Source: Callorhinchus milii
Lineage: Eukaryota
Length of the DNA: 64,000 bases
Direction of reading: 5' to 3'
NCBI RefSeq assembly: GCF_018977255.1
Contig: NW_024704742.1
Location: 57,476,001-57,540,000, forward strand
Of the stretch, positions 13,201 to 25,200 are shown piece after piece. Each line of letters begins with the position of its first letter. Position 1 is the stretch's first letter. The notes below the pieces were generated by a model. It was not told the DNA's origin. It did no database searches and worked only from the letters and a program-made list of their open reading frames with translations. The translations under genes were made by a program, and so were the position numbers.

Positions 13201-16200
13201 AGGGAATCCTGCAGTCATCACACCGACTCGCAAGATTTTGTCTAAGAAACTGCCTCGGAACCAAAGTCATACAGTGTGATGTATGGGGAATCCTAGCTGA
13301 AAATGCTGTTAGCATCTTAAAGCGCCTTTTCCACATATCATTAATATTATCGCTTTAAAATGGATCGGTTTTCCAATCCCAATATCACATTTCCTAAACT
13401 CATCACATAAGAATGCAGGACTCTCTACAGTTTTGTTAGCTCTATGTTAAAGCTTTATAAGACAAATATTTTTCTCCCATTTTTCCAAAAGAGAGGAATG
13501 TAGCCCCCCCACCCCCAACGTCCTTGCCTTGGTTAACATAACTTTATAAAACTTCCATCTAAAAAAATAAACAACAGTCCGTGATGAGTCTAAGATGGCA
13601 AATGTTTAGACTGAAAAGAATATTGGATTTAATGTTGTGCTTTTACAAACTGCCTCAGTCTACAAAGTACAGCCATAAGGAATGCAACTTTCTATTTGTT
13701 TTATTCTGCACTGTTATCAATCCTTTTCAACTCAGTGAAGTTCCACACTCTAAAACATTTATTCAGGGATCATGTGACCAATCTGCCAGGTGAGCAGCGA
13801 GAAAAACATTTGTAATTGACAGAACTGTCCATTACAAAACTTGTTTTTATTTAAAATAGATTATAAATGACCTCTGGTAAAGTAAGACAGTCTGTCATAA
13901 ACCATCCCAAGTGTCTCAAATGCCTCAGGAAACCTATGAGAAGCAGTCAATGAAAGCTGACATTCTCTAGCCTCCATGAACTCATTTTGGCATCAGATTA
14001 CATTTTAACAACAAACTTTCCACCATCAATTAACACCTCAATGAAACAGAGAATAGGAATTTCAGGGTATGATGATTGCCGGTGGGCAGTGTACACTGAA
14101 GAAAAGTCACATAACGAAGTTTGCCAAAAGATTGTCAACATGGAAAAGGGGTCACATTGAAATAACATGAAAATTATAGGTCTCAGAGAGTGAAGAGAGG
14201 TATTTGGCAGCTTGCATGCATTTATTTCCCTCAGGATTGAATGTATGCTCTATCATTAGAGTCAGGATCAGACAGTGGCGCACTGAACTGTCAGTAATTA
14301 AATACTCAGCTTTTCTTATTTACGGCACATTTTTGATTGTGCAAACATATTATTCTGGATTTAATTTAATTGATGGCTGCACCTTCTGCACTGAATTGTT
14401 ATTTAAGGGCTGTTGAGAAACGCTTGTTATTTTTTCCTTCAAACAGTTTGGAAATGAGCATCAGCTAACAATTGTTAAATCCTCCTTAAAGCCAAGGTTG
14501 AGTACTGCTCCCAAATCTGGGGAAGCTCATCTAACAATTTTCTTTCATTACCAGCTAGTCTGCAAAAGAAGAATTGATAGACAAACCTTGTCTCACCTCT
14601 GCCTGCCTTCCAACTTCTCTTGCTCCATTGAACTTTACTGATGTATCTTCGCTTTATTCATGCTAAATTCATTCATTTTCTTCATGGTCATTTCTCTTTT
14701 GTTCCTCCCAGGTTACAAAGAAGTCATTCCATGTGCCCTGCCTCCTCTCTGCATCGTCAATGTGTTGAAAGCAAAACTCACCACACTGTCTCCTATTCCA
14801 AATCACTCTCAACTAGGTATTCAAGCTTGTGGAACTCCTAATTTCATTTAATCTTCCCTTCCTCATGCAATCTAGAAGCTTTTCAATCCAAAGTCAATGC
14901 TGACTAACTTTGTTGCCCAGTCTTGTTTTCTGCTCTTTTCACCATAAGTGACGCAATGTATTAAGGGTATAAACCTTCACCTAGATTCTCAATGAAAACG
15001 GTTTGGGTAACTGGAGATAAGTATACTTTGGCACTTGTACTTGGATGAAAATTCATGTTATAACCGAGTGGCTCTCTCGGTCAATATAATCGCTAATAGA
15101 ATTCTGGTGGTTAAAAATGAGACAGTAGATGTGATAATTATCACATCATTGACATCTCTATACTTGTCACTGAGACAAGACAATCCACGCTTTGTGATAA
15201 TGCTTGGGCCTGAGTCACCTGCCAATGAGCTCACCTGTGGACACTAGCACTAAACCTATCAACCTATAGATGACAACGTTTTACCTACTTAACATAACTT
15301 TTAACTAACCAATAGTAATTTATCTGGAATGATTTATTATGGTGTCGATATACAACCAGCAGAATTGTAATCTCTATTGGGTAGATTGTTCTTGAACTCA
15401 AAACGCAGTTAAAACAATTAGCTTACTAAAATTTTTTCCCCCCAGAGATTTAAAGCAGCAATTTTTGTGTTTATTCTCCTTTTATAAATGACCTAATTTT
15501 AGTCACATAATACCGATCATAAACTACCAATTTCTCTACACATGCCCTGATCTTCATATTCAAACGTATCTTAAAATCAGTTCATTCTTCGATATAACAA
15601 TCTTGTATAACAATTATTGGTGTTTGAAATCCTTACATTTGATATAATGCCTTATCACATCCTTGAGAAGTTTCAAACTGCTTCACACGATTTACTGTAA
15701 AATGTAGTGCAGATTTTGTAAGTGAACTTGGCAGCCAATTTGCACACAGCAAAGTCCTAAAAACAACTGTGAAGTGAGTGACCAATTTTATTTGGCGGAT
15801 TGCTAGCCAGGATATTCATCATTTTTCTCTTTGTTATCAAGCCTTATAGAAATTGTAACAAAATTTGAAAAGCCAATGAAATTAACATTATATCTTACCC
15901 TTCAAATGCATGCAGGTTTGTGCCAGGCACATCAAAAATCAAGGGATTGTTTTTCTGTGGGGTTTGGGTTGCATCACTCATGGCTGAAGCTGCTTGGAGT
16001 TTGCATTGATACCTAAAAAATAGCAAAATTACGTTCAAGATATTTAATTTTCTTAATCAACCATCTAAAACTGGTCTGCACTGAAAAACTAGAAACATTA
16101 TTTTTTGGTTTCTCCTTTTGCTGATTTTAAGTCATGTTGTATTTTTATTTGTTCTCTGAATCTCTGAAGCATAAATGCAGAGCCAAGAATGTAATTGACC

Positions 16201-19200
16201 CATTTTGAGGTCTAATGAATGGTTACATATGGTCTCTTAAATTTGGGCAATTTTGTTCATTTCCAGACAGGTTGTCAGATGTAGTGCCAAACAATTGAAC
16301 TGGTTTTATCTTGGAAATAATGCTCAAATGAGATCTCCTGCTGGCTGATTACAGAGCATCTTTAGGTGCTAGTTCTGCAAAGCTCCAGGATTCAGACTGT
16401 CCTGGCACCTAAGCTGGAAGAGGTTAGGAGTAGACTAAAAGAAACAAAATAGAAAAATAAATAAATGGTTACAACTTATTCCTCCCATATAATAAGTGTT
16501 GCTTTAGCCCATTCTTTGCATGTTGAATTCCTTATCTAAACAAAATCTTAATTGTATCTATATTATTAATTAATAGGCATGGAGGAAAAAATAACTTGCC
16601 AAATTTTGACCTTTTTGATCAATTAAAATCAAACTATGGTGAAACTGAATGATGCAGGCCAGGAAGATCCCTGGTTTGATCCCTGATCCATGCTGAGGTA
16701 AAAGATCTCAATCTGAGAATGGCCAGAAGCAAATGAGCCAGGACTGACCATTTTCCTTTTGGAATTGCAAATCAAACAGGCGAGATGGAGAGGTAGAGCA
16801 TTCTACAGGATGGGGACATAGCAATCAATCCAAATGATGTTCCGCATTTCTGACAAGTATCTGTATTCCTGCGTTGCTAACATTTTATCTAATAAACTGA
16901 TTGTAGAAATTGTTTGCAATATAGAAAAAAATAACCTTTTTCTAATGTAGATGAGAATGACCACTGCCAAAGTAATTGAAATGATGTTGACAACTGCTAG
17001 TGCAAGAATAACTCCTTGTAAGAGGCTTTTATTGTCAGCTTGCAGATGAGAGGAGAGAGAACCCTGGAACCCAAACAAATTTGAATCAGACTCAAATATT
17101 TATTATATCCATCCTAGAAATACATAATAGTTAACACCAAGCCATAATTTTTGCCTCATCAGCTAGGTGTCTCCCAGTGACCATCCATGTCCTGTTCCTC
17201 CAAGTCCTGCCAACGAGCCAAGCTGGCTGGTTTGTCATTAGCAGTGCTCTGGAGTACTGTGGAGCTGCCTGGCTCAACCATAACAACTTGCATTCATACA
17301 GAACACTTCACATAGGGTAGTCTCTCAGAGCAGAACAAGCTCAGGAACCAATTTACCTAGACCGCTACCTAGGATTGGTTTGATTCCAATGTTCTGTTGC
17401 CATTCATGTCACCTTGGAACCATATTCTATCGAATGACTAAAATGAATTAGCAGGGAAATTGGCTTACCACAGCTGTCAAACCCAAGTCAATAAGACTGG
17501 ACAGAGCAGAGACATTTTGTTCTATCCGTCTAAAAAAAAGAGAACAAATTTAAGAACATAGGTTATATTTTCTTAGTCATTTATATTAATCTTTTTAAAG
17601 AAGAAGATCTAGTCTACAACAGGATCAGTGAGGGCAATGGAACTCTGACCAAACTGGAGAAATAGTGGAAATAATCAATCAGATTATGGGATATTTTACG
17701 ATTGGCTCCTTTAAGAGTTGGTCAGTTTGATTGGTTGGTTGGTATTCTGGGACCTACACCTCAATGCTAATATCAATATGGTGGTAGAGAAAATTATTAC
17801 TGTTCTCCTGCTCACATTTCAGACATGCATCCCTCCTTACCCATTAGTTGGAAGTGTATAGCTTGAGCAGCAACTGGTTTACCTCTCCACATTACCAATC
17901 AAGGTAGATTTTGATCCTTGTTACTCTTGTCTTGTCTCTTGAATGGGCTGTTCTGCACCAGGGGAAATTATATTTTGCACATGCTCTGGGGTCATCTGTC
18001 TAGTTAGCAAATCATTTTTTGTCTCACTTAGTCTTTTCAAACTTTTGACTCTTTCAGATTTCTCAGTAATAAAATCAAAATAAATATCTTCCCTAACAAT
18101 AAAAATTAACTGGAATTCAGATGCCGATCAGTGGAACGCTTCACATACTATGGAAGCCAGTTAAGCCAGATACATCAAGGAAGGCCGTTTTGTCCAACTT
18201 AATAGGTGTCCATGGTTAGCTAAAACACCATTCCCATCCAGCAGAGGATTGACAGCCCAACTCCAGTCGCTTGTGAATGGCTGGAGCCCACTGTCAATCA
18301 CAATTTGATTCCTCCCATTGACATCTGAGAGTGCCTCGTGGCTGAACGCAGTCTCTGAACACACACGGCCACAGTGAGTACATTCAGCGGTGACCAGCGC
18401 AGCATTTTGCTCAGAGTAACCAGATTTTCATCCGAATCAAACACCATATTTAAAACAGGTAAGAATAAAAATGAATCAGGGCCGGGCGTTTGTTTGATTT
18501 ACCTGATATTCCGGGTTAACCAGCATCTGGTAAAAGTGGATTCCACTGTATATATAGAAAACCAACTTGCATTTAAGCAGAACTATATGTACAGAACTCT
18601 ACTCTGGCTCAGTCAGAGCCAGGAATGTAAGGGGTGCCTCTAGCTGACTTCATTCTACTTCAGGTACATACATAAATCTTGAAAACTTTTATATGCACAA
18701 AAATAAAATGGTTGACTTACTTTTTTTCAAAAATTTCAGATAAAATTGTATTAACTCAACTTTGCTTTTGTAACCCAAGGTAAATAGAACTTGATCCAAG
18801 TTTGAAAGTCTATTGCCAACTGTTAACCTCATTATAACAAATCTTTATTTTAACAGATTAACTGGTCCCAACACAGCACTTTAATAAGTTTTAGCCCAGT
18901 CATAACAAACTGCACAGCTATGATTATTTTGGCATTCGTAGAAGATTCCCTGTATAACCACAATGTCCAACAAAAGTTCCAATTGTAAAATGGAGAGAAA
19001 CAGGTTGTTTCAGAAAACTGTTGTGGAGAAATAAAGTTGGAAGAGGAGGTCAAGCAGAGGTAAGGTCAACTAGCACATTTTTCCTTTGTTTTTTTGGTCA
19101 GCCACACGTGGAAACCCATCACCGTGCTTAAGAGTATCCAAACTAAACTGAGAATTCCATGCCTCCCACCTACACATGAAAATCCCAGAGATAGGTTGTT

Positions 19201-22200
19201 GGAATGGAATGCACTCTCTCTCTCCCATGAGGAACCCACCCTGCTTACGTAATTCTGGAAAGTATTAGGCCCAGGCTGGCAAGAGCCAAGGCTTAGGGAC
19301 CAGATAGTGTGTGTTGGGGTACTGCTGGAGTCTAACCAGCTAAAACCACATAGCTTGCCATTGATATTGCTGTCTGGCAACTTTTCCCACTGCTTGTCCA
19401 GCTAGAACCACCCTACCCATTAGGGCTTTGGCTTGCAGGGTTAACTGGATGACTCCTAGCCCCCAGTGACTGGTCTGCCTTCCCAGGTCCTGCTGATGAG
19501 CCAGGTAAGATGTGCTGTGCTGTCATCAGCAGTGCCCTGGAATACTGCAGATCCACCTGGCTCAGGATCTACACAGACCGCTTGCTGGCTTGATTCCGAT
19601 ACTATTGCCAGGCATGTCACCTTGGAGCCTCTTCAGTTCCAAGGAGATCTCGCTTACCTCCCCCCCACCACCCCCAAGGAGGATAGTCACAAGTTGGTCA
19701 TTTGACATCTGACAAGTGCAGGTTTGAGCCCTCACTAGGTGGATGTTGGTACAAGAAATTCCCTGCGTGCTTCCCGTTGGGCAACCCATCTCAACACAAA
19801 ACATATAGTAGCATTTTCACCATCTTCCTGTCCACAGCTCGGGCACACATCCTTTCCCATTGAGTGATGGTTCCACTAGTTGGAGGTGCAGCGTTTAAGG
19901 AGCAGCTGCGTGCCTCTCTGCAGGCTGATCAAGGGGATTCCAGGCTCTGGATGTCACCTAAGCCTCAGAGTTTCCTCATCAGCTATCTTGGCGGGCAGCT
20001 GCCAGTATGGTGGGAGGACCCTTACAGGACAGCTTGTGACGTGCTAACCATCTTGATGTTCTTGAGGTCCAAGTCCAATGTTGTGTACCAGGTTTACTCA
20101 GCACCAACTGCTTAATCCAGGTCCTCATGAAAGGGGCCTTGGCAAATAGACGTGCCTTCTGTGAAGCCGACTCTGCCTACAGGGCGCTTATCAATATATC
20201 AGTGTAAGCAGGAGCCATCCCTCCTTGCAACTGCTTAATCGTGGACTTTGCAAATGGGTCGGAGAAGCCTCTCTGCTGAATCCCCAGGAGCAATGAATGT
20301 GTGATAAATACAACACACTTTGGAAGCTTCAATAATGAAGCTCCACTGAAGTGCTGCACTCCTGGGTTATGTCACCACTAATCAAACTTCATTATGTTGG
20401 ACAGTTTGGATCCTATGAATGTAACAGTCCATACCATGACAATGTCTATAACAAATCTTAAAGGGTAGTTATCATGACTTTTTAGTCACCCTGTACTTTC
20501 AACTAGCTGTAGCCGTTACAGCTACGCTTGCAACCAAAGGATCCAATATGAAATGTAGATTTCAGTATTATTGTATTATTATATGCACAGGAGACAGTAA
20601 TATAATGCATAAAATAATTAGAATTAAAAATTAGAGAAGAAAGCATGGAACAAGAGTAAAGAAAGTAGAGAAAGTAAAGAAAGCAGGATTCAGTGGAGGT
20701 ATATTACAATGGATTTGCAACTGGTTGACTGGAAGAACCCAGAGGGTGGTGGTAAAGGGAATGTTATCAGACTGGGAAAATGTTACCAGTGGAGTTCCAC
20801 AAGGGTCTGTTCTGGGACCTCTTTTGTTTAATATTTTTATAAATGATCTGGAACTAGGAGTCGCAAGAACAGTGGCTAAGTTTGCAGATAACTCCAATCT
20901 CATGAAGGTGGTAGATTGTGAAGCTGAACATGATAGGTTACAGGAGGCTTCAAACATACTTGGGAATTGGGCAGATCGGTGGCAGATGAAATTCAATGTG
21001 AGAGAAATATAAAATACTTCACATGGGGACAAACAAAATCCAAGAAGTGATTATTATTTGAATGGAAGCAAAATAATACGTATGGAAAATGAAAAGGACC
21101 TGGGGTTTCCGATTGACAATAAATGCTCTGTGGCAGTGAATAAAGTGAACCAGATGTTGGGATGTATCAAAAGATCAACAGCAAGCTGAAATAGTGGGGT
21201 AATCCTGCCACTATATAAATTATTGTTGAGACCATACTTAGATTACTCAGTACAGTTCTGGTCACCACAGTAAAAAAAGGATATTGGAGAAATCAAGAAG
21301 ATACAGAGGAGGGCAACCAAAATGATTGAGAGAATGGAAGGACTGGACTATGAGGAGCAGCTAAGTAAATCGGGTGTATTCACACTTGAAAAGAGAAGAT
21401 TGTTGCTTTTAGATTCTAAAGGGACAAGACAATACAGATTACCACGGGCTGTTTGAACTTGTTCAGAATAGCAAAACCAGAGGATATGGCCTGCGATTGA
21501 AAGGGGTTAAATTCAGAACAAATATACCCAAACACTATTTCAGTGAGCGATTAGTGAACCTGTGGAACAGGCCCCTTGGGGAGACGGTTGAAGGAGGAAG
21601 TATTGATTCTTTCAAACACAGATTATAGTTTTCTTTTGGGAAATAACATTATGGGATATATTACATAGGTAATTCGGGACATACATGCATATTCTAGGAA
21701 GGTGGAAGGCGAACTAGATGGACCTTGGTCTTTTTTTGTCTAGCATTTCTTATGTTCTTATGTCATATTACAAAGACCAAGTAGACTATGAAGTCTACTC
21801 CTTCCAGCGAACAATCAAAAATATACATAACTCACAATCTCATTTTACCCACTCCAATAAATGCAAGTTCTGCAGAGATAGCTCCTGACTCAATCAAGCA
21901 TATCTCTACAATATACATTCACCCTCCACATTTTCTTTATTTATCTTCTCCACAGAAAACTAGTCCAGCTGGCATGCTTTTTCTTGACATAGCTGCATGG
22001 GATTCATGATTTGGTGAATCTAATGTGAACCTCATAAACCTCACAAACTGATGTCCCAATTAGCAGACTGAAATCCTGTTTGCAAATATTGTACTTTTGA
22101 AACACCAACATTAATTTAAGTCAATCAAGTAGGTAAGAGGTAAGATATCTAACAATAATGTATGTGTTAATGTATAGCAAATACATTATTAATAAAGATA

Positions 22201-25200
22201 TAATGATGAAATTCTCGGAATTTCCCTTTAATGTTAAAATTAGCGATGACATAACCAGCTTGTCATTAGTGACTTGGACCCATTCCAAATCAGCTCATAT
22301 CTATCAAAATTGACAAAGCTCTGTTTAGCTTTTTTTTGAAAATATATATTTATTTATAAATATATTTAGTACAACAGAAATCCAAAACAAACACATCTTC
22401 TGTTACAATTTTTTCCTTTTTTCCCCCCCGATACAAAAAACATTCAGTTGTTTATGGTACATTCCTTTACCGCACATAGGTTGCACACACGTTTTTTGGG
22501 ACTCTCCCTTTAACACAGTCAGGAGTCGTCACTGTGTACACCACATCTATGTGCGCGCCCACACACAGCCTGATAAACGCACTTGCCACTTTCGGAAAGT
22601 GCCCCAATGTGCACCACGTGCACATGTTTACCGTACAATACATTTTCGTACGCTCTTTGGTTACATCTCGAGTGTGCTTCTGCACCCTTACTACAGTCAG
22701 TTTTGGGTGCCCTCATGGGGTATCTGGTGGGTGTGCCCTCAGCGGGCTTGTTTCGGAGCGGCTCCTGCTAGAGTCAGGCCCCACCTAGCGTTTGCTGTGG
22801 TTGAGCCAAACTTCAGCTTGTCCCTCAGTATGTAGTCCCTGATCCTAGAGTTTATGAGCCTGAGGCAGGCCCTCACTGTCCCCTTATTCTGCCAGAAGAA
22901 CACCTGGTTTCGGGAATGCCAAAGTGCCTCCTTTACCGAGCTTATGATCCTCCAGGCACTCTCGATGTGGGTTTCGCAGTAAGTGCCCGGGAACAGGCCG
23001 TACAGCACTGTGTGCCATGACAGCGGATCTCCAGGGACAAACCGCGAGAGAATCCATCCCACCTTTTTCCAAACTGCCTTTGTGTAACAGCAATCCAGGA
23101 AGAGGTGGTCCACGTCTCCAGCCTCAGCAGCCGTCCCGAGGGCAATGGGCTGACTGGCCCAAACCTCAACTGTGCATGCAAGCCCTGAGGGGGAGGTGCC
23201 CTTTTTATCACCAGCCAGGCCATGTGCTGATTAGTGTTGGCCAGGGTTAGTGACAAGGTGTTTTGCTGGCAGATGTTTTGCCAGCAATGTATCTGGCTGT
23301 CGCTGCAGGATACCTCCCAATCGGATCTGACCTCTCCCCCTTTCGAACTGTTTCAACTACATGCCACGTAGATCACTTGGGGAATGCCAGGGTGATGTTC
23401 AGGAATTTTTCAACATAGGATAGGTGGTTTGGTGCACTCCACCTGTGTGGAACGTTTTGAGGCAGTTCTGCCAGATCCCCTTCTTAGCATCGGGTACAGA
23501 TAGAAATCCAGCACATAGTGGCATTTTTTGCTGGCGTAGTGGGGCTCCAGGTACAGCCTCAGGCAGCTACACGCAAAGGTGGCCATGAGGATTAGGGCTA
23601 CGTTAGGGACCCCTTTTCCGGGGTTTTGTACATTGTATCTTTGCGGACACAATCATCTTGGACCCCTAGGTCAGTTGGAAGACCTCTTGGTGACTACAGT
23701 GGCATTGGTACTGGTCAAAGGCCAGACCTGGACCATGTACAGTAACACCGAGAGGGCCTCAGATTTTTCCTGGTGATGGACATCGAGCGCTGGCTCCACA
23801 CCACTAGTTTCTTCCTCATTATGCCTAGACGTTCCTCCCAGCTTTTTTGGCACACTCCAGCAGCCCTGAACTAGATGCCGAGGACTTTGATGCAGTCTGA
23901 CTTCACCGCAAAAGGTATGTGATTGCATTCTTTCCAGTCTCCAAAATACATCACCTCACTTTCCTGGCGGTTGACCTCAACTCCCGAGGCTTGTTCAAAC
24001 TGGTCCAAATGCCTAGCCAGCTCAAGACTGATTTTTAGTCTGTGCAAAAGACGGTGACATCATCCATATACATGGAGGCCTTGGCTTGTATGGCGTGGCT
24101 GCCCGGGATGATGACACTTCTGATGCTCTCATCCCTCCTGATGGCCAGTGCAAAGGGTTCGATGCAGCAAACAAACAGGGTGGGGGATAGGGGACAGCCC
24201 TGCCTTACTCCAGACCTGATGGGGAACGGCTCAGTCTCGTACCCTTTAACTGTGACTGCGCTACAGATGTCTGTGTAGAACAGTCGGATCCACTTGCGCA
24301 TTCCCTCCCTGAAACCCATTTTGGAAAGTACCTGATCCCTGTAGCTGTGAGATACCCTGTCAAAGGCATTCTCTTGATCAAGGCTGATCAGACAGACCTT
24401 CACTCGCTCTGTCCTGCACATAGGCGAAGGTATCCCTGAGCAGCACAAGGCTGTCTGAGATCCTTCGGCCTGGAACCGTGCAGGTTTGGTCTGGGTGTAT
24501 TACCCACCCAAGGACAGTCTTTATCCACTCGGAGATCACCTTTTCCAGGATCTTACAGTCCACATTCAGGAGCGAGATCGGTCACCAATTCTTTACCTCC
24601 TCCTTCTTCCCCTTTAGTTTGTACAGTGGGGAGATGCTGCCTTTCTTCATAGATTCTGCCATGGTCCCTGCTAGCAGCATGTTGTTGTCGTCCTCCAGCA
24701 GGTCCGGACCCATCACATCCCACAGAGCTGAGTAGAGCTCTACCGGCGGGCTATCGCCTCTGGGGGTCTTACCGGTCTGGAGAGCTTTGATGGCCCTGGT
24801 CAGTTCATCTAGGAGGAGAAGCCTGTCTAAATGCTCCTGGCTCTCCTCATCCAGCACCTCTATGAAGGCAGACAGGAAATCCCGGGAGGCTGTGCTCTCT
24901 ATGGGTTTCTCACAGTACAGGTCGGCATAAAAGGATCTGACGATCTTCTGTATACCGGCCTGCTCCATGTGCACCAAGCCTGTTTCGTCCCTCAACCCAG
25001 CGATAACAGAGCTGACTCTGTTCACTTTCTGAAAGAAGAAATGTGGGCACATCTCGTCCTGTTCTATCGTGCGCATCCTGCATCGGAAGATGACCCTGGA
25101 GGCCTCGGCGGCAAAGTGCGCAGTTTGCTGACTCTTCACTTCCTTGAGTTCCTTTCTGACATCAGTCCCTCAGAGAAAAGTAATCAACTGAATATTTCAA

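Noticed and set aside
19493..19985. CTGATGAG motifs (19493 on +, about 19975 on -) as hammerhead ribozyme cores
   Set aside because: No stem II with GAAA or closing helices could be assembled.
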